37,235 bases of DNA from a virus (IMGVR_UViG_2563366903_000020); one strand, 5' to 3'; counted from the stretch's first letter, positions 1 through 10,083 are shown. Program-made: numbers and translations. The notes: generated from the letters alone by a model not told the origin.

Positions 1-1293
<1,293 letters not shown>

Positions 1294-1313
1294 TACCCAA
1301 TTTTTCTGAATCT

Positions 1314-1338
1314 AAAAAGCGCCTGCGGGCGGTTTTTG
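1314..1338 (+). terminator. Putative intrinsic terminator downstream of serS
   Basis: A-tract, short stem CGCC-tgcg-GGCG (1320-1331), then TTTTT (1333-1337), about 20 nt after the serS stop; stem is only 4 bp. Confidence 0.35.
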
Positions 1339-1407
1339 CATGAGATTAATTAACTGAAAATAAAAGGGATTTATTTTCAGGTGTCCATATAATGTCCATC
1401 TTTGAAA

Positions 1408-1439
1408 CAAAAAAGCCCGCAGTTTTTACGCTACGGGCT
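1408..1439 (-). terminator. Intrinsic terminator at 3' end of hok-like transcript, copy 1
   Basis: Minus strand: 9-bp stem AGCCCGUAG/CUGCGGGCU (one G.U pair), 8-nt loop, followed by a U-run. Confidence 0.5.
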
Positions 1440-1496
1440 TTGTTTTTCTTTGTGACTTGCGTGTGAGGGTGCTACTTTCGACCGAACCTTTGGCAA

Positions 1497-1824
1497 CCGG
1501 ATAGCGGGGGCTTTCACCCCCGCTGCGGTTTCTTACGGTTTACACTGCAAGAACGCCGCAAATTCTGACCACATGATGTTAAGTCTGAACTCACACGGCG
1601 AACGGTGTATCATCCAGATGGCCAACAACATGGTTAAGCATAAAATGCTCACGATGATCGTTTTTTGCGGCATAGCGCTTGACTCCTTTTACAGGGAGGC
1701 GCTAACCTTCCACTTGTCTAGGGTAGGAATGGTCAGGGCCTCGGGTTAAACAATATGTTTGACTCGGGGCCTTTTCACATCCGGCCTTCAGGTAATCCTT
1801 CCAGCCGTCAGCCGAAAGGCACCC
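1497..1824 (-). repeat. hok-like locus, copy 1 (near-identical core of a direct repeat offset by 476 bp)
   Basis: 1497-1824 matches 1973-2300 with only a handful of mismatches; flanks are homologous but diverged. Confidence 0.8.
1533..1673 (-). CDS. Hok/Gef-family type I toxin-like small membrane protein (46 aa), copy 1
   Basis: ATG at 1673 preceded by AAGGAG; translation MPQKTIIVSILCLTMLLAIWMIHRSPCEFRLNIMWSEFAAFLQCKP has one N-terminal TM helix followed by R-S-x-C-E-x-R and E-x-A-A-F motifs as in Hok/Gef toxins; below the 60-aa cut-off of the ORF track. Confidence 0.6.
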   Translation of the reverse strand: MPQKTIIVSILCLTMLLAIWMIHRSPCEFRLNIMWSEFAAFLQCKP

Positions 1825-1879
1825 ACGTGTAATCTACTGATTTCCCTTTGTGCGCGCAATGCTCAGTGTTGAAACTGTT
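1811..1879 (-). pseudogene. Remnant of an ogr-like gene 3' end (23 codons, zinc finger absent)
   Basis: C-terminus of the 1808..1993 ORF (...NSFNTEHCAHKGKSVDYTWVPFG) is homologous to the C-terminus of the intact Ogr-like protein (...LQLEDCGMALKPVHYARVPFG), but nothing upstream resembles the CxxC...CxxC finger. Confidence 0.45.
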
Positions 1880-1894
1880 TAGGGGGAGGGCGGC

Positions 1895-1917
1895 AAAAAA
1901 GCCCGCATATTGCGGGC
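1895..1917 (-). terminator. Intrinsic terminator at 3' end of hok-like transcript, copy 2
   Basis: Minus strand: GCCCGC-aauau-GCGGGC hairpin followed by U6. Confidence 0.55.
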
Positions 1918-1972
1918 AAATACGTCTGTAATCCAATGGAGAAAGGGGTGCCATATCGACTGAACCCGACAA

Positions 1973-2300
1973 CCGGATAGCGGGGGCTTTCACCCCCGCT
2001 GCGGTTTCTTACTGTTTACACTGCAAGAACGCCGCAAATTCTGACCACATGATGTTAAGTCTGAACTCACACGGCGAACGGTGTATCATCCAGATGGCCA
2101 ACAACATGGTTAAGCATAAAATGCTCACGATGATCGTTTTTTGCGGCATAGCGCTTGACTCCTTTTACAGGGAGGCGCTAACCTTCCACTTGTCTAGGGT
2201 AGGAATGGTTAGGGCCTCGGGTTAAACAATATGTTTGACTCGGGGCCTTTCCACATCCGGCCTTCAGGTTTTCCTTCCAGCCGTCAGCCGAAAGGCACCC
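1973..2300 (-). repeat. hok-like locus, copy 2
   Basis: Near-identical to 1497-1824; its upstream end overlaps the 3' end of the Ogr-like CDS. Confidence 0.8.
2009..2149 (-). CDS. Hok/Gef-family type I toxin-like small membrane protein (46 aa), copy 2
   Basis: Same ORF as copy 1 with one codon change (C-terminal ...CKQ instead of ...CKP); same AAGGAG SD. Confidence 0.6.
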   Translation of the reverse strand: MPQKTIIVSILCLTMLLAIWMIHRSPCEFRLNIMWSEFAAFLQCKQ

Positions 2301-2586
2301 GCGCGTAATGTACTGGTTTTAAAGCCATACCGCAATCCTCCAGTTGTAGCGTTAACTGACTGCGTCCCTGATGGGATTTGCGCATTGTCTCCCGTGGAAT
2401 ATCTTTATCGTGGAAGATCAACTGAGGCTGGCCAATAATTCTGTGCACACTTTCCATTGTTGAAAATGTGGCGCTGCACTCAAGGTTATTGCACTGATAG
2501 TATTTGTAGCGGATGGTGCCGGTATCATTGGCGGCTTTACTGGTACGGATCCGGGCAGATGCGCCGCAGAATGGACAATGAAACAT
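2284..2586 (-). CDS. ogr: Ogr/Delta-family zinc-finger late-gene transcription activator (100 aa)
   Basis: MFHCPFCG...YYQCNNLECSATF: CxxC...CxxC finger as in P2 Ogr; ATG at 2586 chosen inside the 2284..2661 ORF; adjacent to gpD; about 28 aa longer than P2 Ogr as recalled. Confidence 0.8.
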   Translation of the reverse strand: MFHCPFCGASARIRTSKAANDTGTIRYKYYQCNNLECSATFSTMESVHRIIGQPQLIFHDKDIPRETMRKSHQGRSQLTLQLEDCGMALKPVHYARVPFG

Positions 2587-2630
2587 TGATATACCCCCCT
2601 GGCTGAACTGGGGTTGAACTCGTCGCCATT

Positions 2631-3755
2631 CTAACCATTGCTTTCCTTTTCGGCTATCCACTCGGGTATTCTTGCCTCCAGTTCAAGCCTTGTGGTGAAG
2701 CCGCTTCCGTCGATATTGTGTTCCACTTTTGCAATGAGCCAGTCCTGATTGTCTATTTCGGTTTTAAAGCCGGTTACCGTGCCATGCATTTCAGGGTAAA
2801 GCTCCGCTCTGCCCCGGGCCAGCGTGATGGAGAATTCAGCCGCACCGCGCTGTAATTGCTGCCACCTGGCGGCAGCTGCGCGCTGTGCAGCAATTTCATT
2901 TGGGTAGGTTTTTCTCAGAACGAACACGTTACCTTCTGCCCCCTCCATGTAGCTGCCTTCCCGGCTGCTGCTCTTTTCAGCGTGAGTTTTTCGTTTTTTT
3001 ATGTTGACGGCTTTCTTTTTGCCATGATTCAAATCCAGCCAGTACGCCTTCACCCCTGTGTATGCCTGGCGATCGGCTATTCTGAACTGGTGACTGTCTC
3101 CGTCACTGCGTGCCAGTGCAAATGAGGGGAGTGGGCGCCCGTCAGCTGTCACGCCGCCACCCGGCAGAATGAACAGCAGACAGCCATTTTTGACGGTAGT
3201 GATGGCTCCCAGCATATCAGCCATGCGGGTAAGGAATGACATGTCGCTTTCTTCCGTCTGGTCGGCATGATCGATTTCAATATCCATAAGCATATCGCTT
3301 ATCTGGGCTTTCAGTCCGTAACGGTGGGCAATAGCGGAAACCACGCGTTCAACAGTCACGTCGTGCCAGGATACTTCCCGTTTGACGTTAAATTCCTCCC
3401 TGAAGTCTGCGCTGTTTGCACTCAGTGTCAGCCGATCCGGAGGTCCTTCATGAGCGACCTCATCAACAATGTAGGTGCCTTTATCAACCAGAGGCTCTCC
3501 CTTCCATCCCAGCATGACTCTGATGTGTGTTCCCCGCCCGGGGAGAGCCAGCTGCCCGTCGGCATCATCCAGCACAAGAGTGACCCTGTCTGCTTCAAAC
3601 CCCCGGTTGTCTGTCATGGAAAGCGATATCACCCGGTTATTCAGTTCCTGAAGAGTGTTTTTATCCTGCTCCCTGTCCAGTGAAACGCTGAAATCAGGCA
3701 TTTTCACCAGTTCTTTCAGGGGGGAATAAACCGTGTTACCGTTCAGCAATACCAT
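2631..3755 (-). CDS. D: Tail protein gpD (late control D family)
   Basis: Internal ATG at 3755 with GGAGGA RBS inside the 2631..4106 ORF; 374 aa; translation resembles P2 gpD. Confidence 0.88.
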   Translation of the reverse strand: MVLLNGNTVYSPLKELVKMPDFSVSLDREQDKNTLQELNNRVISLSMTDNRGFEADRVTLVLDDADGQLALPGRGTHIRVMLGWKGEPLVDKGTYIVDEVAHEGPPDRLTLSANSADFREEFNVKREVSWHDVTVERVVSAIAHRYGLKAQISDMLMDIEIDHADQTEESDMSFLTRMADMLGAITTVKNGCLLFILPGGGVTADGRPLPSFALARSDGDSHQFRIADRQAYTGVKAYWLDLNHGKKKAVNIKKRKTHAEKSSSREGSYMEGAEGNVFVLRKTYPNEIAAQRAAAARWQQLQRGAAEFSITLARGRAELYPEMHGTVTGFKTEIDNQDWLIAKVEHNIDGSGFTTRLELEARIPEWIAEKESNG

Positions 3756-3909
3756 AATTCCTCCGTTTTTCCCGCCACAGTTGCATACCAGAAACACCAC
3801 CGGAATGAGTTTGGGTTGTATGTGTATTGCGAGAAACCGCAGTTCGTGAAAAAGCTCCCCGTGTTCGTAAAGATCTCTGCTGAACTCACACCAATGCAGG
3901 GTGAATAAT

Positions 3910-5097
3910 ATGGCTGAAACCCGTTTCCATGGCGTGCGGGTCCGGGAGAATGCGGATCTGGTCACGGCCATTAATGATATTGACTCCAGTGTGATTGGTA
4001 TCGTGGCTGTTGCTGATGATGCTGATACAAAAACATTTCCGCTGGATAAGCCGGTGCTCCTGACGCGTGTCATGGATGTGCTGGGTAAGGCCGGAAAAAC
4101 CGGCACGCTGTATAAAAGTCTGAAAGCTATTGCCGATCAGGTCAGCACCAGAGTTGTTGTGGTGCGGGTTGCTGCTGCGAAGGAGGGGGATGGTCAGCCG
4201 ACACAAACGCAGCTTGTTATTGGTGAGGTCAAAAATGACGGAACCTATACAGGCATGCAGGCGCTCCTGGTGGCTGAACAGAATGAGGCTGTTGGTGTTC
4301 GTCCCAGGATCCTGGCCGTGCCATCGCTTGACACCAAAGAGGTGGTGGCGGCACTGGTAACCGTCGCGAAAAAGCTGCGTGCCTTTGTGTATGCGGGCTG
4401 TCCCGGCTGTAATACCGTGCAGGAGGCTGTCACCTGGCGCGCCGATCTTGCTCACCGTGAAGTTATGCTGATCTGGCCTGATTTTATCGCGTACAACCCT
4501 AACAGTGGCCAGAATGAGGCTTTTCCTGCATCTGCGTATGCGTGCGGGTTGCGTGCGAAGATTGACCACGAGCAGGGCTGGCATAAATCCCTGTCCAATG
4601 TGGCAGTGAATAATGTCCTGGGTATTTCTGTGCCGGTGTTCTGGTCGCTCCAGGCAGAGGACAGTGACGCGGAAACCCTCAATGACAAGGAGATCACCAC
4701 ACTCATTAAACGTAACGGCTTCCGTTTCTGGGGTAACCGGACTCTCGACACCACTACCTACACCTTTGAGACCTACACGCGTACGGCGCAGTCGCTGGCG
4801 GATACCATCGCCGAATCGCAGTTTGAAACCGTGGACAAGCCGCTGACGCCGTCGAACGTGAAGGATGTGTTAAGCGATATCCGGGCAAAACTGAGTGCCT
4901 TTGTGACAGCGGGTAAACTTATCGGGGCAGAGTGCTGGTATGACGTGGTGGATAACGGCACAACGGATCTGCGTCAGGGGGTTGTGCGCATTCGCTACAA
5001 GTATACGCCGGTGCCACCGCTTGAAGATCTTGAGCTTCACCAGACGTTTACCGATGAATTCTTTGCGGGTGCATTTGCATCACTGGGAGGTGAGTAA
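3910..5097 (+). CDS. FI: Contractile tail sheath protein gpFI
   Basis: 395 aa; start MAETRFHGVRV...; resembles P2 FI throughout. Confidence 0.92.
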   Translation: MAETRFHGVRVRENADLVTAINDIDSSVIGIVAVADDADTKTFPLDKPVLLTRVMDVLGKAGKTGTLYKSLKAIADQVSTRVVVVRVAAAKEGDGQPTQTQLVIGEVKNDGTYTGMQALLVAEQNEAVGVRPRILAVPSLDTKEVVAALVTVAKKLRAFVYAGCPGCNTVQEAVTWRADLAHREVMLIWPDFIAYNPNSGQNEAFPASAYACGLRAKIDHEQGWHKSLSNVAVNNVLGISVPVFWSLQAEDSDAETLNDKEITTLIKRNGFRFWGNRTLDTTTYTFETYTRTAQSLADTIAESQFETVDKPLTPSNVKDVLSDIRAKLSAFVTAGKLIGAECWYDVVDNGTTDLRQGVVRIRYKYTPVPPLEDLELHQTFTDEFFAGAFASLGGE

Positions 5098-5606
5098 TGG
5101 CGGTACCAAACAAACTTCGCGTTTTCACGGTGTACATCGATGGCGAAAACAAGCTGGGGCGGGTGACGTCCTTCACGCCGCCTAAACTGACCCGAAAAAC
5201 GGAGTCCTTCCGTGGTGCCGGGATGCCCGGCAGTGTTTCCGTCGACTTTGGTCTTGATGATGGTGCACTGGATCTCTCTTTTGCGGTAGGCGGCGCAGAT
5301 GCCCACCTTTTCTCCCGTTATGCCGGGTCACTTGATGAAGTCCGTCTTCGCTTTTCCGGTGAGTACTATTCGGATGCGGATATCAGATATGTGGATATTG
5401 AGGTCCGCGGGCGCATCACTGAAATCGATATGGGGGAGGCGAAGCAGGGTGAAGACACTGAGCACAGTTATTCGATGAAAAACACCTGGTACAGACTGAG
5501 TGTGGACGATCTGGAAAAAATCGAATTTGATGTGCTGAATTTTATCTGGCGCATTGACGGTAAGGATGTGCTGCCGGATCGCACCCGCTCGATGCTGGGC
5601 TTCTGA
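5097..5606 (+). CDS. FII: Tail tube protein gpFII
   Basis: 169 aa; conserved LTRK...RGAGM...KQGEDTE segments as in P2 FII. Confidence 0.9.
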   Translation: MAVPNKLRVFTVYIDGENKLGRVTSFTPPKLTRKTESFRGAGMPGSVSVDFGLDDGALDLSFAVGGADAHLFSRYAGSLDEVRLRFSGEYYSDADIRYVDIEVRGRITEIDMGEAKQGEDTEHSYSMKNTWYRLSVDDLEKIEFDVLNFIWRIDGKDVLPDRTRSMLGF

Positions 5607-5653
5607 TGATGGTTTAACAGAGAACGGCGGGGATCCCGCCGTGGAGACTGAAA

Positions 5654-6043
5654 ATGGATAAAGAAACGGAAATGGCCACTGGCACTGCCGTCAGTAACGG
5701 GGAGGCTTCCGCGGTGGCAGTTGCCGCTACGGCTGCACCTAAGAACGTGGTGAAGCTGACGGTGCCTGTTGTGCGCGGAGATGTGTCGTACAGTGAAATT
5801 AAAATCGGACCGCTGGCGAATCAGGCCGGATCGCTGCGTGGGCTGTCTTTGCTTGCGCTTTACAACATGAACTGTGATGCCATGGTCACCTGGCTTGCGC
5901 GTGTGACAGAGCCAAAACTCAAGGAGGCCGAAATGTATGCCATGAATACGGCGGATTTTACGGCGCTGAGCTCGGCGGCGGTTAATTTTTTCGCACCCTC
6001 GGGGTCGAATGCACCGGCACCGGAGAACACGGCAGAGCCGTAA
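5654..6043 (+). CDS. E: Tail assembly chaperone gpE
   Basis: Position between tube and tape measure; 129 aa; slippery T_TTT_TTC at 5986-5992 inside the gene. Confidence 0.75.
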   Translation: MDKETEMATGTAVSNGEASAVAVAATAAPKNVVKLTVPVVRGDVSYSEIKIGPLANQAGSLRGLSLLALYNMNCDAMVTWLARVTEPKLKEAEMYAMNTADFTALSSAAVNFFAPSGSNAPAPENTAEP

Positions 6044-6201
6044 CCTGTCTTTGCTTTGACTGCATTGAAGATCCCGTTGCGGATATTGCTGTTATTTTTA
6101 ACTGGCCGCCCGCAGAGATATTTGCAATGACGCCTGCAGAGGTGGTCGCCTGGCGTGAGCGGGCGGCTGCCAGAAGCGGAAGTCACAATCATGATGAATA
6201 A
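5986..6201 (+). other. Programmed -1 frameshift extension (E') of the tail chaperone; E+E' fusion would span 5654..6201
   Basis: Heptamer T_TTT_TTC; the -1 frame stays open to a TAA at 6199-6201, overlapping the tape-measure start. Confidence 0.55.
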
Positions 6202-8983
6202 TCTGCATATCAGGGTTGCTCTGGCGGCGGCAGACACCCTGACACAACCTCTCAGGCGCGCCCGCGAAACCGTGGGCGCGCTTTCTGATTCCCTCCGTGA
6301 AACTCAGGACTCCATCCGCTCGCTTGAACGGCAGAGTGAAGCCTTTGCTGCGGCACAGACTAAATTTGACGAAGCCACCCGGAAAATTGCCGCTGTTCAG
6401 CAGCAACTGAACCGTCTGCAGCAGGCGGAGCGTGAGGGTACCGTGCTCAGTGAACGGCAGCGTGAAATGATGGCTTCGCTGACCACCCGGCTTGAACGTC
6501 TGAACCGGGTGAGGGATGTACATCAGCGACGCCTGGAGGATTCACGCCGGGAGCTGGAGAGACACGGTATTGCCGCAGAGGGCAGCAGTCAGACCATACA
6601 GGCAGCCATTCGCCGGACGGCAGAGTATAACGAAGCGCTGGCGCGACAGCGGCAGGCACTCGCACAGGTGACCCGTGCACAGCAACGCTATGAACAGGCG
6701 CAGGAGCGACTCGGGCGGATACGTAATGCCGGTGCGGCGGCACTGGCTGCCGGTGCAGCAGGACTTTACGCTGGCGGGCGTGCCGTTGCGCCGGTGATGG
6801 ATCTCCAGCGTCATGGTGCCGTCATTGCGGCTCAGGCAGGAGAGGGCGCGTCAGATGCCGTGGGGTATACCGGGGTTATAAACCACATGGTTCATACCGG
6901 TATCACACCGGATGCACAACTGGCGGCTGAAGCTGTGGGTGCTGTCCGCTCCACGCTGGGTGGGCTGGGGGCGGTTAGTGAGAATGAACTGACCCGAATC
7001 ACCCGAAAAATGCTGGATATGCAGGCCGTGATGGGGGGCGATATCCCGCAGCACATTCAGGCGGCTGCCATCATGATCAAAAACGGTCTTGCACGCAGCA
7101 GTGACGAGGCGGTTGATCTGATGGTGGCGGGCATGCAGCGCATGGGGCCGGTTATGCGCGATGAGCTGCCTGAGATCCTTCACGAATATTCGACCCATTT
7201 TCGTAACATGGGGCTGACAGGGTCGGAAACCATGACGCTCCTTGCGGATATGGCGCAGCAGGGGAAGTTTGCGCTGGATAAAACCGGCGATGCCATCAAG
7301 GAGTTCAGTATTCGCGGCTCCGATATGTCAAAGGCGAGTGCTGAAGCGTATGCGCTTATCGGGCTGGATGCAGCCAGGATGTCATCGGCTGTAGCCAGTG
7401 GTGGAACGGCTGCACGGGCTGCGCTGCAGAAAACAGCCTCGGGTCTGTTGCAGATCGTCGATCCGGCTGAGCGGGCCAATGCGGCCATCGCACTTTTTGG
7501 TACACCGGTTGAAGATCTGTCTGTCGATCAAATCCCTGCCTTTCTTGGCGCGCTGGCGCGGGTGTCTGACCGTATGGCTGACGTGTCTGGTGTGGCGGAC
7601 CGGATGGGGCAAACCCTGCGTGACAATCTGAGTGGTGATGTGGCGCGGCTTACCGGGACGTTCAGCGCGCTGAGAAGTGGGATTATCGGGGAGATTACGG
7701 ACGATCTGCGTGGGCTTGTCCGGATGGCCACAGCGTGGGGTGAGCGTCTGCAGGCGTGGGTGAATGCGCATCCGGAACTGGTGCGAATGATTGCGCTGAC
7801 GACGGGAGCGGTGCTGGCGTTAACCACAGCGATGGGGGCGTTGTCCGTTGCGGCCTGGATGGTTGTCGCACCGTTACTGAAACTGCGTCTGGGGCTTGCC
7901 CTGCTTCGCGCGATCCCGGCCGGACTCTCCGTTGCCGGTACGCTGTTTGGCGGACTGACGGGTGTGATTTCAGCCGTGGGGGCTGCGCTTGGGGCGCTGA
8001 CCTGGCCGGTTGTGGTGGCGGTGGGAGCCCTGGTCGGTGGTGCTCTGCTGGTCTGGCGCTACTGGGATCGGGTCAGGGCGTTTGTGAGCGGATTTATTGA
8101 AGGGGTACAGTCAGCACTGGCGCCCTTCATGGCGACAGCCTCCCGTTTTGCGCCGCTGCTGGATCTGGTTTCAGGGGCACTGTCCCGTATTCTGGGATGG
8201 TTTAAATCCCTGTTAACGCCGGTCTCCTCCACGCGTGATTTGCTTGAGCAGTGCACCTCTGCCGGGCAGATGTTCGGGAGTACTCTGGCCGGTGCGTTAG
8301 CCACGGTTTTTTCGCCCCTGAAAGCTCTGATTGACGGTCTGGCGTGGGTGCTGGAAAAACTCGGTGTTCTGCCCGGTGAAGCTGAGCGGGTTAAGCGAAA
8401 ACTGGATGAGGCCCGTAAAACGCCGGTGGCGTGGGAGTGGGATCCGGAACAGAAAAAAATGGTTCAGAAGGCGTGGCACTGGTCGCCTCCTGGTGGGGCC
8501 AGTGTGCCTTCCGGCGCCTCCGGTACACAGCCTCCGCCGGTGGCGCTCCCTGCGGGGATAGCGCCGGACGGTAACCGTAACGTTCTCCGTCACCTGAAAG
8601 GCATTGAGGGGAATACCGGTGGTCTGCTGGCTGAAAACCGTAAACGTATCGGACCCGGAGATATTGTGTTTAAACATCTTCCACGGGCGCTGGCGGTCCG
8701 GGGGCAGTGGCATGAACCTGTCGTTGCGCCGTCTTCCGGCGGAATGCGCGCGCTGCCACAGGAGGAGATTCAGGTGCAGCAATGGCCGACGGCACGCCCG
8801 GCGCCACGAATGCACCAGCAGGAAACCTTCGCCAGCGCCTTTCAGGGGGAGATACATGTGCATCTTCACGGGGTGAGTTCGCATAATCCCCGGGAACTGG
8901 CGCGCATGGTTGGTGACGCTGTCAGGGCGGAAATGAACAGAATGGCACGTGCCGGAACCGGCAGCTTCCGCGATCGCGACTGA
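6191..8983 (+). CDS. T: Tail tape measure protein gpT
   Basis: 930 aa; N-terminal coiled-coil region then Gly/Ala-rich hydrophobic segments; position after E/E'. Confidence 0.9.
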   Translation: MMNNLHIRVALAAADTLTQPLRRARETVGALSDSLRETQDSIRSLERQSEAFAAAQTKFDEATRKIAAVQQQLNRLQQAEREGTVLSERQREMMASLTTRLERLNRVRDVHQRRLEDSRRELERHGIAAEGSSQTIQAAIRRTAEYNEALARQRQALAQVTRAQQRYEQAQERLGRIRNAGAAALAAGAAGLYAGGRAVAPVMDLQRHGAVIAAQAGEGASDAVGYTGVINHMVHTGITPDAQLAAEAVGAVRSTLGGLGAVSENELTRITRKMLDMQAVMGGDIPQHIQAAAIMIKNGLARSSDEAVDLMVAGMQRMGPVMRDELPEILHEYSTHFRNMGLTGSETMTLLADMAQQGKFALDKTGDAIKEFSIRGSDMSKASAEAYALIGLDAARMSSAVASGGTAARAALQKTASGLLQIVDPAERANAAIALFGTPVEDLSVDQIPAFLGALARVSDRMADVSGVADRMGQTLRDNLSGDVARLTGTFSALRSGIIGEITDDLRGLVRMATAWGERLQAWVNAHPELVRMIALTTGAVLALTTAMGALSVAAWMVVAPLLKLRLGLALLRAIPAGLSVAGTLFGGLTGVISAVGAALGALTWPVVVAVGALVGGALLVWRYWDRVRAFVSGFIEGVQSALAPFMATASRFAPLLDLVSGALSRILGWFKSLLTPVSSTRDLLEQCTSAGQMFGSTLAGALATVFSPLKALIDGLAWVLEKLGVLPGEAERVKRKLDEARKTPVAWEWDPEQKKMVQKAWHWSPPGGASVPSGASGTQPPPVALPAGIAPDGNRNVLRHLKGIEGNTGGLLAENRKRIGPGDIVFKHLPRALAVRGQWHEPVVAPSSGGMRALPQEEIQVQQWPTARPAPRMHQQETFASAFQGEIHVHLHGVSSHNPRELARMVGDAVRAEMNRMARAGTGSFRDRD

Positions 8984-8993
8984 GGTGAAAAAG

Positions 8994-9485
8994 ATGATGA
9001 TGATTTATGGGATGTTTGTGTTTCAGTTAAGTACCCTGCCGCATCAGCAGGTGGAACAGAGTAAACGCTGGCGACACGTCAGTAATGAACGGGTTAACCG
9101 TTCATCCTCCTGGCAGTATATTGGCTCTGGTGAAGATCACATCACGATGTCCGGTGTGCTCTGTCCGGAAATCACCGGCGGGGAGGTGTCACTGACAGCC
9201 CTGAACACCCTGGCCTACACAGGATTACCCTGGCCACTGATTGATGGTGTCGGACAGATTTACGGGATGTATGTCATTACGGAAATCAGGAGCACCCGTC
9301 AGGAGCTGGATCGCTATGGCATGGCCCGCAAAATTGAGTTCACTGTCAGCTTTCAGCGATGCAATGAAGATCTGCGTGAGCGTCTTCAGTCGGGCTCGGT
9401 GGGTGATCTGATGGCAGGATTAAAAAACAGCGCGTCGTCGGCCCTGTCGTCGGCGTCCTCTGCGCTGTCTGGTCTCATGTTGTGA
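8994..9485 (+). CDS. U: Tail protein gpU
   Basis: MMMIYGMFVF... with GGTGA RBS; resembles P2 gpU. Confidence 0.85.
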   Translation: MMMIYGMFVFQLSTLPHQQVEQSKRWRHVSNERVNRSSSWQYIGSGEDHITMSGVLCPEITGGEVSLTALNTLAYTGLPWPLIDGVGQIYGMYVITEIRSTRQELDRYGMARKIEFTVSFQRCNEDLRERLQSGSVGDLMAGLKNSASSALSSASSALSGLML

Positions 9486-9495
9486 AGGTCACTGT

Positions 9496-10083
9496 TCAGG
9501 CTTCGGCTTCTTTTCCCCAGCCAACCTTATAGTCCAGAATCGCCGCCGTATCGTTCAGGGCGGCGATCTCTTTTTTCATGTTACGCTGGCGAATGTGAAT
9601 TTCCATCCCTTTGGCAAACAGGGCTTTTGCGGCTGCATCGCTGAGGGCAATCAGCTCATCAGCAGAAACAGGAACATCGTTGTTCTGTGCATCAGTCCAG
9701 AAAAAATCCAGCGGCAGGATCCCCGCTTTTGCGGCAGCAACGGAAGGCTCAAGGCGGGCCTGCGTTGACTTCCCGTAGTCCCATTTCCGGCCGTTATGTT
9801 CAAAGGTGTAACTCGCCGCTTCCATCGCATTACGCCAGGTGTTGATTTCGTCGTTTTTCAGGCGTCTGGCGTTTTCCCTGTCAGTGTCGTTTTCCTGGTA
9901 TTCAGATACAGGGCCGTGATTTCCTGCTTTCAGTTCGCCCCAGAGTTTTTTGCCGTGTGGCGAGTTGTCATATTCGGTTGCCGTATAGGGCAGCCAGCTC
10001 TCCTCCCCTTCAAACTGGATCTCACAGTCGATAGTGCCGTCACGGTTATAAGCGGCATTTCTTGCTGATTTGATTGTGTGCAT
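9496..10083 (-). CDS. G: Tail fiber assembly protein (gpG-like)
   Basis: 195 aa immediately downstream of the tail fiber gene; Tfa-like sequence. Confidence 0.75.
   Translation of the reverse strand: MHTIKSARNAAYNRDGTIDCEIQFEGEESWLPYTATEYDNSPHGKKLWGELKAGNHGPVSEYQENDTDRENARRLKNDEINTWRNAMEAASYTFEHNGRKWDYGKSTQARLEPSVAAAKAGILPLDFFWTDAQNNDVPVSADELIALSDAAAKALFAKGMEIHIRQRNMKKEIAALNDTAAILDYKVGWGKEAEA

Noticed and set aside
1574..1750. 58-codon plus-strand ORF (MMLSLNSHGERC…) in each hok repeat
   Set aside because: Antisense to the hok-like ORF, no RBS, no recognisable family; more likely a by-product of the structured toxin locus.
1808..1993. 61-aa ORF on the minus strand
   Set aside because: Only its last 23 codons resemble anything (Ogr C-terminus); it spans a terminator hairpin; interpreted as a remnant, not an intact gene.
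1409..2314. Possibility that the roughly 400-nt repeated transcript is tmRNA (ssrA) or another known RNA used as an att site
   Set aside because: No tRNA-like CCA 3' end or ssrA-like sequence seen; a Hok-like ORF with SD plus terminator explains it better.
2235..2438. 67-aa plus-strand ORF
   Set aside because: Overlaps the Ogr-like gene and hok repeat on the opposite strand; no RBS.
3756..3909. Ogr-dependent late promoter (TGT-N12-ACA) in the D/FI divergent region
   Set aside because: Searched by eye; only partial matches found, so no promoter is annotated.
7756..8100. Gly-rich 114-aa ORF and other alternate-frame ORFs inside the tape-measure gene
   Set aside because: Typical alternate-frame artefacts of a GC-rich, repetitive tape-measure gene.
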